From Tubiluchus corallicola (Eukaryota > Animalia > Priapulida): a stretch of 64,000 nt of DNA. The translations under genes were made by a program, and so were the position numbers. The DNA lies in the NCBI GenBank assembly GCA_030141605.1, contig JAQGDQ010000141.1, forward strand, positions 124,001 to 188,000, read 5' to 3'. The notes beneath the pieces were generated by a model. That model made no database searches and was not told where the DNA came from. It worked only from the letters and a program-made list of their open reading frames with translations. Numbering within the stretch: the first letter of the stretch is position 1; every line of letters begins with the position of its first letter. Positions 39,900 to 52,600 of the stretch are shown piece after piece.

Positions 39900-41327
39900 A
39901 CAGATAAACGTCATACCTGCTCGACTCTGCCAAAGTTAGATAAACATGATACCTACTCAACTCTGCCAGAATCAGGTAAACATGTTTCCTACTCGACTCT
40001 GCCAGTCAGATAAACATCATACCTACTCGACTCTGCCAGAGTCAGATAAACATGATACCTACTCAACTCTGCCAGAGTCAGATAAACATGATACCTACTC
40101 AACTCTGCCAGTCAGATAAACATCATACCTACTCGACTCTGCCAGAGTCAGATAAACATCATACCTACTCGACTCTGCCAGAGTCAGATAAACATGATAC
40201 CTACTCAACTCTGCCAGAGTCAGGTAAACATGTTTCCTACTCGACTCTGCCAGAGTCAGATAAACATGATACCTACTCAACTCTGCCAGAGTCAGATAAA
40301 CATGATACCTACTCAACTCTGCCAGAGTCAGATAAACATGATACCTACTCAACTCTGCCAGAGTCAGGTAAACATGATACCTACTCGACTCTGCCAGAGT
40401 CAGATAAACATCATACCTACTCGACTCTGCCAGAGTCAGATAAACATGATACCTACTCGACTCTGCCAGAGTCAGATAAACGTGATACCTATTCGACTCT
40501 GCCAGGGTCAGGTAAACATCATGCCTACTAGACTCTGCCAGTCAGATAAACATCATACCTACTCGACTCTGCCAGAGTTAGATAAACATCATACCTACTC
40601 GACTCTGCCAGAGTCAGATAAACATGATACCTATTCGACTCTGCCAGGGTCAGGTAAACATGTTTCCTACTCAACTCTGCCAGTCAGGTAAACATCATGC
40701 CTACTAGACCCTGCCAGAGTCAGATAAACATCATACCTACTCGACTCTGCCAGAGTCAGATAAACATCATACCTACTCGACGCTGCCAGAGTTAGATAAA
40801 CATAATACCTACTCGACTCTGCCAGAGTCAGATAAACATCATACCTACTCGACTCTGCCAGAGTCAGATAAACATGATACCTATTCGACTCTGCCAGAGT
40901 CAGATAAACATCATACCTACTCGACGCTGCCAGAGTTAGATAAACATTATACCTACTCGACTCTGCCAGAGTCAGATAAACATGATACCTACTCAACTCT
41001 GCCAGAGTCAGGTAAACATGTTTCCTACTCGACTCTGCCAGTCAGATAAACATCATACCTACTCGACTCTGCCAGAGTTAGATAAACATCATACCTACTC
41101 GACTCTGCCAGAGTCAGATAAACATGATACCTACTTAACTCTGCCAGAGTCAGGTAAACATGTTTCCTACTCGACTCTGCCAGTCACATAAACATCATAC
41201 CTACTCAACTTTGCTAGAGTCAGATAAACATCATACTACTCGACTCTGCCAAAGTCAGATAAACATGATACCTATTCAACTCTGCCAAAATCAGATAAAC
41301 ATCATACCTACTTGACTCTGCCAAAGT
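39900..41327. repeat. 36-bp minisatellite (some 34-bp units), about 40 copies
   Basis: Tandem cagataaacatgatacctactcaactctgccagagt. Confidence 0.96.
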
Positions 41328-42059
41328 GTTTATTTACCATATGTAATTACAATCCCATCTGATTCTATGGTGGCATTAATTATTGTTTACTCTGGAATTT
41401 AGGTATTTAATCAACTAATCTCTACTCAGAAGTGTCTTCTAAAACAACAGATAAGAAAATGTCTATTATGTTACAAACTATTGATGATTTACCTGTTGAC
41501 GTTTGAGTTGGCGTATTGACAGTGCGCTAGGTTACTATCACACTGTGTTGAATATTCAGTATATTCATAAATATTTTTTATTCTTGTGATCTACTAAAGT
41601 TGTATCAACTTAAATTAACTGTATAACTACTTTAATCAAATTTAAATGAAATTCGACATAATTGTCGAACTTGGAGAAAGCGTATTTAGGTGGACAAACC
41701 TTGACCTTATGATAAATAGGTGAGGTCAAGGTCATTTATAAAGGCCTTGAGGTTTTGCGCAAGCGAAGGTGAAACTATTTTTAACCGTTTCGTCAAATTG
41801 TAAGTAATTTTGTCCAGTAACATTTGGGATTGGGGTTGGGGTAGAGAAAATATGACATATCAAAGTGACCAAGGTGGACTTAGTGTCGAAAAGGTTCTTG
41901 TGTGAGTGACCTAAAATAGTGAAAATGAACAGTGTGAGAATGTAAGAACACACAGGATTTGATAAAGGCTAAAGTAACCAACATATTACATTTATCATTG
42001 AATTAATAGAAACCAGCGTACACATTTCAGCTATAAAGAATGGTTGCAAATTTCTTATG

Positions 42060-42616
42060 TTACAGGGAAAGCCAACCCTTCTGGAATGTTCGTGAAAAAT
42101 GTTAGAAATATTTGGTAATTAAAACTACGATAAGCGCCTCAACTAGTAAAATCACTTTAAAGTTGCGATCGCTTCGTGCTTGGGCGCTCGCATTTTGAAC
42201 GCCCATTCTTCCACCAATGACGTCGTTCATCGACTGAAAAAGCAGCAAACTGTCAATTTCTTTCAAAAGTACAAGTTTTTATTAAAACAAATTGGATAGT
42301 TAATTTTGTGATATTTTTGCAAGAATATTAAGTAAGCTTGTAGAAGTCTGAATTAGTTTAAACAGTGCGCTTACGAAAAGCCACGAGTACCTTACAAGAA
42401 GCCAGAAGTCTTCCAGTTACGTCAATTATTTTCAACTGAATAGTGGTTACCACCGTGCCTGAAAATTGCTGTACAGTATAAATTAACTTGATACTTTATT
42501 GACAGTTTTTTGTTGACTCTAGCATAGACAATTTCTTTGTTTTGTTTTTTAAACTTGAGCGATAAGAGTAAAATAAGTGACTTGCTAAGTGCTAAGTGAC
42601 TTGTCCTTTCCCTTAA
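42060..42616 (+). mobile_element. Kolobok-like MITE family B, copy without the tail
   Basis: Shares ttccaccaatgacgtcgttc, caaaagtacaagttttta and aagtgacttgtcctttcccTTAA with 25773-26307. Confidence 0.7.
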
Positions 42617-43199
42617 AATTACAATTGGTGTGTGTGTTGGAGTCAGCAGTAAAACAGTAAGTGAGATTGTTCCAATCGTCATTTCACAGTCACTCATTAC
42701 ACCGGTTATTGAACCAAAGTCCTTGAGTCCTTGACTCTGATTCCCGAGTTCCAAATTAGGTGTTTATGAGAGCTAGTTCAAATACAGTCATCTTGCTGAG
42801 TAAATATGAATCTTTCTTATTTTAGAAATATGGCAAGCCTAGGTGTAAGCTGTGACTGCAGTCGCTTCACTCAGTGACTTATGACCCACTGAGTGACCAA
42901 TGTTTGCAGACTAGATTTGTTTTTTGAAATTTTCGTATTTGAGTATCTCATTTTATGTTATTGGAGTTTGCAGCTTTCATCAGATACGTTATATTTTCCC
43001 AACAATTCAAAGCAGACGCTAAATATGACAATTGCAATTGAAAAAGTAAATGGCGAATTAGACAAAAAGTTGCTAGAAATATAAAAGTAAGAAAACGAAA
43101 GTACACTTAGCCAGTGATAAAAAATTAATGTAACAAGACGCAAAGCCAATATGAAACAAACACAGATAGCACACAATTACAAATATGCAACAGAACATT

Positions 43200-43620
43200 G
43201 ATCAATTCAGTTCAGTTTTGTTTGCACAAATAGCTACAATGTAATATGCATACCAAATACTACATGAACCGAAAAAAATCGTAATAGGCAGTACGCAAAG
43301 TTGTCTTTATAGACAAATATTAAGGTATAGTATACTGATAACAAAAATCGCAGTTACATTTTGTATAAATCAGCAATGGAAAAAGAAAAATGACTTAAGA
43401 GTAGTATCTGTTCCAGCTTTTTAAATGAAAGATCATAAAGAATAAAATCATGAGCGTTGAAAACAATTGTGGTTAGAACATGCTGCCAAAGTTCTGATTT
43501 CTTTTTCCCCAGAGATCGGAGTTGTTGCCAAATTAAGTTTCTTGCATTGATGTCATAAATGTGTAAAGTGTAACCACAAAGCCTATAAAAACAAAAAAAC
43601 ATTATTAAAAGCAATTAACA
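43200..43620 (-). mobile_element. Degenerate LINE (L2/Crack-like) 3' end
   Basis: The - strand reads HIYD..ARN...ELWQ...SFKKL and ends in a (ctgaa)n-like tail. Confidence 0.45.
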
Positions 43621-44675
43621 ACTGTGCATTATGCAATATAAAGTTATGTCAAAATACTAAAACGTCTCAATTTTTGAGTAGATAAGTTAACATCAGAAAT
43701 GTTATAAAAATTATTATACGAAATGTAGTGAGTAATTCTAGGCTTGAAATTATTACTTCCCAACGCTGCACACTAAATAATACATTAAATACATCATGGC
43801 CCTGCACTTGACACTAGCGCTCTTTATTATGATTGCATACTGTATAACTTGTCCTGCGGGTCTAAATTGTTGTGCTCATTTATCTCAAAACTGGAATATG
43901 CGGACGGCAGGTAATTTTGGCTAGATTTTTGTGGTTCTTTTTGGTGGCTTTATAGTTCAGTGACTTAGCATGGCCAACAAGTGTTCTTGCAGTGTTACTG
44001 TCCGGACTTTCGTTGATTTTTCAAAACCTACCGAATTTTCTCCTTTCTGTGTCATTTATCAACAAGTTGATAAAAAATTAAATCTGTTAGTATTTTTATT
44101 GCCTAAATTATAATGTCTGAAGCTTACTATTTCAGAAAAGTGACAGTTTCAACTTTTCATACATACAATGTCATAATAAGAATCCATGATATAAAATCAC
44201 AGGTAAAAGTCACAGGAACAAAACGTTATTTTCACACACATGTAATGCCATCATATATAAATGTAGTGTCGTGTATTGCCAGATAATAACAGATTTAGAA
44301 TATTTTCTGTTTAATTACCTTAGTTATTTATGGTATTTAAATAAGTTGTGACTGACTTTATTTTTGTTTGATCTCCTGACTTTGTTTCTTAGCCAAAATT
44401 GAAACTTTTTCCGGCCACCGGAAATTAATTGTGACTTTTTCCTGTAACTTTATAAGAACGACTTGTTAAAAGTGTATGTGTTTGCCTACGAAATAATCAA
44501 AACTTTATGATGACTTATTAGCGCTTTGGCCAATGTTTTGCTATTGCTTTATCGTGCTGCTGGTTTAGCCTTTGTTTTTTGCGGAATTTAGGCACTCAAA
44601 AAATCGAATTTAAAGCTTACTGAAAGTCCTCGGGCAGCACTCCAGATTTTCACTTTGGTTTAAAACAACATTTTT

Positions 44676-44772
44676 GTCACGTGACTGATTTATTCCGGCG
44701 ACAAGCAGCTGGCTGTACCGGACGATTCCATTTGGAGACAAGACGGGGCGGTTGGTGTGTACATGTACGTTT
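44676..44772 (+). promoter_or_regulatory. Candidate internal promoter with a perfect CLEAR-type palindrome
   Basis: GTCACGTGAC at 44676-44685, GC-box-like GGGGCGG, two GTACGT donor-like sites. Confidence 0.35.
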
Positions 44773-45952
44773 GTACGTGCTTTGAAATGAGAGATGAAAA
44801 TTGTTAAACGCTGTTAATCTAAATATAGATAATAGTTTTCAGTAGAGTCATTTAATTAAACATTTAAACTGTTTTACAGAGTCAGAGTTTTAATTTCCCG
44901 AAAGAAACTGACGTTTCGTTTTAATGTTTTTATCTACTGTCAGTTAAATACACAGCTTATTTCTACGAAAATTAAAACAATTACGGTTAAAAATTTCACT
45001 TGAAAGTCAGAATCAGAATAGGGTCATTCGCAATTTAGTGAATACAGTAATAGTTATGATTTATGAGCTATTACAACAATTTTGTCTTCGATGTACATTA
45101 GAAAAAAATTAAAACACATTTTGTTTCTCCTTGACACTGTAGTTTTTCTCTCAGACCGAGTGGTAAGGACCTACTTTGTTTTTCTTAACTGTCTCTACCT
45201 GACAAGTAAACTTGCATGAGTACAGTCATTTTCCTGTGGTTTTTGGCACCATGCCCATTTTTTCAGTGTTCCCACATAAATTAACCACATGTTCGCTGTG
45301 CACTGTACCTGGAATTTCTGGCACGGTGATACGAAAACATGCAACTGAAACAAGTAGATAAAAGAGTTAAATTTACATAGCACAAAGTAAAATCAAATTA
45401 AACATTAGAATTCACATTTGGCAATAATCGAAGATGCCTCGCACGCACATAAGACGGATGGCATTTAGCGTAAAGAATTCTCCAGCTAGGCTTTTTCTAC
45501 ATGTCTTTTTTTATTCTTGCTATTAACTGACTTGTTCGTTTTTATGGCAATATATATAAATATGATCATTATTTGTACTACTATCGTTTTTGTATAGCAG
45601 CCTTTCGGAATTTTTGAGTAACGTGTCATTCTTACTTTAGATCTAGAAATAAAATCTTTTAGCCCCAAAAACAATCCCAAAAACAATTCATGTACATAAA
45701 TTAACGGGCACTGATAGAAAACGGACTAGAGGGTTACTGATGAAAAAAGTTTATTGATTTGGTAATGGGTAATGGGTTAAGTACTCGTCGTGATAATATT
45801 GCTATCTATGTATTTCATTAACATGGCCTTCTGGCATCCAGAATAGATGTTCTCTGGTTGAATAATGTGTATAAAATTGCAACTATTTATTACAGTTATG
45901 CACAGTACTATTAAATCTCTACAACGTAAGTCCTGTTTTTTTTCATTTTCAG

Positions 45953-46015
45953 GCCCAGAGGAAAAGATATTTTTCTGAGCCTTGTGAACCTACTGTACCT
46001 CCTGTGGCCCGTGAC
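45953..46015 (+). CDS. Second coding exon of the unidentified gene (AQRKRYFSEPCEPTVPPVARD)
   Basis: Strong tttttttttcattttcAG acceptor, GTAAGT donor, 63 nt phase 0 to 0, in frame with the 36698 exon. Confidence 0.72.
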
Positions 46016-47169
46016 GTAAGTTTTGATTTTGATGGATGATGTTTGTTATTGTTATTCTGATACAAGCACAGATTTTTTTTTGAATTTTCAAAGTTCTTTT
46101 TTTTGTATGGCCAACAGGCTTTCCAAGTTGAAATTAAAAATTAATGAAAGCAGGCATGGAATGAAATAGAAAAAATAAAACACGATGAAAGTTTTTATTA
46201 AAGATCTAGTGGTTTTGTGCAGCCGGTATAGATAAATATTTAAACAGGTTAATTATTGTAATGCAAGAATGAACTAACTATTAATTTTTATTAATGGCAT
46301 GCATAATTATGTAAACATTTACGCGCGAGGTTGTGTATTACACGATATTGTAAATAATTAGCGGGAAGCATGTAAGGCATCGATTTCTACAGTTATTGTA
46401 ACTGTGACCCAGCAAAAAACGTAAAGTGTCAACAGAGCTGTGAACGTGTGACCTAGCAACTGTCCGCTCGATAGCTATTAAATTTTGTAACTTAAATTGA
46501 ATTAATTGAACTGAATGCAATTAATTGATGAATAATGCGTAATAACTGTACAGTCTTGCTACATAATTCATGGATCCGTCAAGTGTGCAGTAATGAATGA
46601 AACGTACTAAATGCAGGGAGAAGTGATTAAGTTGAATAAATTGGCTGGCTGCCAAACTCTTCAGGCTGTGCTGGCACATAAAGTGAGTCTTTCTCGTTTG
46701 CCACTAGATGACAGCAAAACCCTAAAAATGAACAGCAGACACCGAAACTGCGCAATAAGTGCGCAAGCCAGAGAGGGGATAAAATCCATACTTTCAGCTC
46801 TAACTGAAGCTTTGCTGTAACTGTTTCTGTGTTCTTAGTCCTACAGGACTGTGGTAGCAGGAAAAATTATCTTTTTTTCCCGTCAGATGGCAGGAGGTAC
46901 CAATGATAAGAGTTCAACTAAATGAATGTTTGCTCGTTCTCAATATTATACAATTGGCTTTTTAGCACGTAATTATAGTATCATGAAGCTTTTCGAAAAT
47001 TCTAGTATTTTTGGGACAAAGCAAAATTTTCGTTTGTTAAAATCAGTGCTTGTTTGTACGTGCTGTTTTAGTTAAGATTTAGTGTAACTTTAGACAATGA
47101 TTAACAATTTAATGACTGGTCTTTTGCAGTCAGCATTATCAGCACCGCCATTGCTACTCATATTTTAGA

Positions 47170-47610
47170 TAGTAGTAGTAGTGGTTTATTGACCCAAAAA
47201 TTGATATTTACAATATTTACAATCTGTGACAGGGATAGCAGAATTGAAACATTTCATAGTCCAAAATTTTCTACTTTTCAGAAAACAGCAACATTACACA
47301 AAGGTTAAAAAAATTCACAATAACAAATATTCATTCGGCGTCGGTGAAAAAAAGATATGAAGATATTATAATGACAGAGCTGAAACTAGAAGATGATTCA
47401 ACAATGTAGACAGAGACAACGTAAACAAGTTTAAAGAATTTTACAGAATTGTAACACTTCATTATGGTGCTTGCAAAAATTAGTGTGTTTTCTTATTCAA
47501 ACGCTTATAAAATATTAAGGCAGATCTCAAGCACCAAATTGGAATTTATAATTGACATTAAGGATGTATAGTCTACATTGCTGAATCTTAACAATCCTGG
47601 TAACAGAAGC
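47170..47610 (-). mobile_element. Degenerate CR1-like LINE 3' remnant
   Basis: The - strand has decayed SNVDYT..L...LIFYKRLN-like sequence, AATAAA and a (cta)n tail. Confidence 0.35.
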
Positions 47611-49429
47611 ACCGCCTGTAATGCATGACATGCACGCGATAATAGTAAATGACGCTATCATCGAAATATGAAATTAAAAAGCATCATATATTTTTCAAAT
47701 TTCAACAGCATGTTTATTTTTACGAAAATTTCTTTTTCGAAAACTCTAGTAAAATAATCTGAAAAGATCGTTACCAGTATAACTCATTAAATTTAAACGA
47801 CTTGGTGCTTGGTTTAAATAACGTGTATCTCCGTTTGTTGTAAGATAAAGAGTTTATTTTTCACTTAGTAGCGTTAAAATTGAAGGTATAAAACATTATT
47901 TCCATAATGATCTAAAGTGCTTAATAAAATAATGAGAGATAATGAAACAGTGTTTACATATCAGGAAAAAGCAATAAAAATACATTATACATAATACAAA
48001 ATACATAAAAGACGACCAAAATACAAAGTAAATCAAATGAATGATTAAAAACAGTGCACAATGCACAAAAGGCAATAAGAAAATCTATATGCACGTACAA
48101 AGAGAAATAAATGAATAATTAAAATACAGTACCTCAGTACAGTATAATTTAATTAAAAAGTCGAAAGGGTTACACACTAAGCCAGAGAGTATAGTATCCG
48201 CTATGCGCTCATGGGGGATATTATTATTATTATTATCATCATTTTATTCACATAATATGACTTTACAGTAGTACATACATAATTTAAATACTAGTTAACG
48301 ATTAACAAGAATGGTTACTTGGTTAGTGATTACGATATTCACAGCATACATAAATAATTTGAAATTTCTGTTAGTTCGTAATGCATTACATTCTGTGACT
48401 AAACATTAGTAAGACAATAATTATTTGTACCATAACCTACAAAATAATGAAATTATGAAAAGTCAATAAAACATTGTTTGTACAGAAAAAATCGAAAGAA
48501 CAAAATACAATGTGCCATATACATGTATAAAAGACAATAAGAATATCTATAGAAAGAAAATTAAAATGAATAATTAAAAAAGTACACTCAAAGTAAAATT
48601 TAATTAGAGTGTAGTGTGAAATTTTGAGCTTACAGGGTTATAGTAAAATTAACCGTTCAGAATACGTACAGTGTTGAAAGACAAAACTACAGCTTCAGTC
48701 ATCTTCACCATATGCAATTATAAATTTGTCATGACATGGCTTCGTTATGCAAACATGTATGTAAATGTAGCTATTTTTGTATGAATAAGGCTGCTTGGCC
48801 TACAACAACGTAACTAACAATCCAAGCTAATTTACAAATTATAAGTTAGTTACTATTTTAAATGTATCTTTCCCTTGTGATGTCTTTTACTAAACGTTCG
48901 CTACTTTAATAAACTTCAAACCTTTTTGTAGATAATACGTTTAACACCATGAATAAAATAAGAATTTTTTCAACATGGTATTTTTGTTGGTTTGTATTCC
49001 TTCGTGAAAGAGGATTGCAGCAAGGCAATAAAACTTGCGCTATATGAAATAATTTAACGAGATACACTGTTCAGCGAAAATTGCACTTTAACACAAACGT
49101 GCAGATAAGCGCAAATTAATATATGCGCTTCCACTGAGAGAAATTACCTACACGATATAGAAAGTAAAGTAGCAATAAAAACAGTTCGCCAAGGCAGTTT
49201 TTGCATTTTCTACGTTTTCGCGTAATTCACGTAAATCTCATTTCGGCTCCTCAAACTTGGCAGAATAGAAAACAAAGTCGTGTTCAACTTCAAATGTTAA
49301 AAAGATGGACTACTGTTACGTTTTCTGTTTCTTTTACCAGCGTATTAGTTTTTGTTAATTTAAAAGTTCCTAAAGTTTTGTTTCATTCTTGTTTAATAAA
49401 GCACTAGCACTACGAGTGGTTTTATTAAA

Positions 49430-49650
49430 TGCATTGTTATATAAGTTTTGTAAGTACCCTACATAAAAATAAGCTAGAATAGAATTGATATGGCATTTGT
49501 TATTTAAGTTTTGTAAGCTACTCACATAATAATAACGTAAAATAGAATTGATATGGCATTTGTTATATAAGTTTTGTAAGCTTCTCACATAATAATAACA
49601 TAGAATAGAATTGATATGGCATTGTTGTTTAAGTTTTGTAAACTTCTCAC
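49430..49650. repeat. About 63-bp tandem repeat, 3.5 copies
   Basis: atagaattgatatggcatttgttat.taagttttgtaagct repeated. Confidence 0.85.
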
Positions 49651-52600
49651 ATGCGAATTTAGTAAATAGTCTAGAATAGAATACGGTCAATATGAGCTAG
49701 CTGATATGGCTTACCGTAGTGACAGAAACCCCGCGATCAGGTTATGGGCACCATTATGATGCTGATTAGTCAAGTATAATGCATGTATTATAGACTTAAT
49801 TAGCTTTCTTATTACAGTCCATCTTCATTATACATTAACCATCAAATATTCTGCACTCTGTAATAGTAAATTGTGTTGTTTCTTAAATGGCTTTACTGAA
49901 AATGCAAAAACATAAGAAAACTGTAATTACCATATAATTATTTACACGAAGTGAGTTGTCATGTGTAATTAATACGTCTATGACATTCTCGGCTAGTCCA
50001 ATGTCTCATATTCGAGGCGTATCATAAATCATTAGCAAGAATTACATTTCTGCCACAAACATCTACATGAAGTAAGTCCTGACTCTGAGTGCTGCAAGCA
50101 GGTCCATCAATCAAAAGCAGAACCTACTCAACGTGATGTTTCGAAGTGATTTGAATGAGCCTCGTCAAAGCTGTATGTCTCGGATGAGCCACTGAACCAG
50201 TAGAGATGTATCAGCCAGGTTTTTGAATGTATATACACCCTTCCTCTACGAAAATATTAAGAAAGGCGTAAAAAGTTGAGGGATTTTGTGCTTCATGGAC
50301 CAGTTGCATTTCAAACAGATTTGTAATGATTTAGACTGATGATTTGGTGTGAAGGAAAAATCTTTAACATTGGTTTTGGCTCGCTGTCACAACCTTAACG
50401 CCATAAATAGATAGATAGATAGATATTATAATGTCAGCACTACAGAATTTTTTTGGCAGCAGTGGGATGAGTTTCGGTTGTATGCGCCCGGAGGCTGCAG
50501 CTGGTGCTGCTGCTGTTGCGAACAGCGGTAAAAGCGCAAACTCACTGGCTGACCGCGTGCTCGTCTCGTCTTGTTGCCTTTATCTTCGGTCTCCCGTGAT
50601 TCTGGTTACATCTGAATTAGCTGGTTTTAACCTCTTTGTTAACAGCGTCATCCCGACTGGTGCATTTTCAGATTCGTTTAGTCACAGTTTTGGTGTGTTG
50701 AATCAACGTCTAATCGTTGAGATGTGTTGGTGAGTTATCCGAGTTTTACAGCTATCACGGTCGTTTTGTGTGTATTTTCGTTTTGGCGAACATTTCGAAG
50801 TTACACAGTTGGACACTGTGCTTGTACTCTATTTACTATACGTAGCCTACCAAAGTTAAGAGATTTTATACACGTGTTCTGATCAGAGGTCTAGTAATTT
50901 TTGGATACAGCGACAAAAACAAGGTCAAGCAATTATTTAGGATTCATTTTGCAGTGCCACGTGAACAGAAGCAAACAGGTACAGTTAATAGTTAATTTTA
51001 ATTCAGCTCGTGTTTTGCCAGTAGCGAATGTTAAGAAGTCTTGCATTCATTTTACTTGACTTCTCACCGCAATATTATTAGCTGTTCTCTGTACATCTGT
51101 TTTCTCTTGTTTTTCTGAGCTTAGTTTATTACAGTCCAGTACTCTTATCTTTTTTTCTTTTCACTTGAAAATAACACAATGAAACATTTGTGTTTTTATA
51201 CATGTTTTGTGGAATTTGGCTAAAACATTAGAAGTCAGACTGGAGCTAAAAAGTGCGAAAATATTTTGTTCAGACTTGTTTGTCAATTACTGTGTGATTG
51301 ATTTATTTGATCGATTGATTGATTGATGGGATTGATTGATTGATTGTCACACCACCCCAGCATGCAAGTTTAACTGTGTTTAGCAATACTGCCTGAACAC
51401 GGACGAACAGGTACAAATTTCATTCAGCTCGTGTTTTTTACCAATGCAATTTATGCAAAATTACATGGTGAGAAATCCTGTTTGAGGATTCTGATGTTGA
51501 CCCAGACTCTTCAACTTGGTCTGAACATGGATGTTTGTTGTGTAACTTGTATGGTGTTTGGGAATCGATAAGTAAGTTTATGTGATTAGTATAAACAACT
51601 GTAATATCTGGCTATTGATGCTTCTGGACAGTTGATTCCTAATTCCAAAGATAAAGGCGCTGTTTAGATAGGCCTATGTTTGGGAACGTGAAAAGCCAAG
51701 CACGTTGACGCGTCAGGCTTAGTTATGTTTAGTAGCCCTATACTCCTATCTCGACTAAATGTTTGTGGCTGCTCGTGGTGAACACTTTTAGAGAGCACTT
51801 ACCACCAACGCCGTCTAGTGAACGTTTTCCTCCTGCGTCAGTGTTTCCTATTGGACAAAGGCTTCTGTTTTCGCTGAAATCTACGTGATGTAATGTGTAC
51901 GGTGCTCATCAAACGGAACATATTCATTATCCTTGAATCTAAATAATGGGTCAGACTGTTGTTAGCGCTGCCTGCCGTAATTACACGGGCTTCCTGTTAT
52001 ATAGTGATGCTATATTACGCCGTGTTTAGAATTGTGTGACGCCCAGTCTGTGCGTAATACAGTGATGGTAGAGCGATCTAGCCTTGTTCTCAGTGTGGTA
52101 ATCATTAATAAGCTCAGGGTAATCAATCAGCGTCTGACCTCTAACCTCGCATATCCTCGCAAACTCAATAGGCAGAATCAATGTCTTACATGAATTCGTA
52201 GGCGTACAAATAATGGTAGATCCTTAGTAATAAAATGTTGAAAATGAATCATTCTTGTTTTAATTAATTTAACTGCTTGGGTGAAATGGCGATTTATGAA
52301 GACGGTTGTCATGGTAACAGGTAGTATTATGGGAGCTGTTACGATGTTGGATTTATGAAGATATGGGTCGCCCGTTGTAATAAGTTTATAACAGTACCTT
52401 ACTGTGATGCCAAAGTTTAATTGAAGCGCGATCTGCAAAAAATGTTCTGTGTAGAAACATGTGCTGTGTAGTTGAAAGTCGATTTAGAGAGACTAAAGGA
52501 TTTTTGAAGTTTACTCTTGAAGTTTACCCGTAAAGGGTTTACTTCTGTGTGCAATGTTTAAACAAGGTTATACTCTTACAAGTGAGTTTAGAAACGTGTG

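Noticed and set aside
39900-41327. CRISPR-like array or repeat protein (36-bp units, SDKHDTYSTLPE ORFs)
   Set aside because: Head-to-tail units with no unique spacers, frames broken by 34-bp units, eukaryotic intron context and no cas genes.
49960-50400. Possible Penelope-like RT remnant on the minus strand (YIQKPG...GS)
   Set aside because: Too degenerate; no intact YxDD motif is visible.
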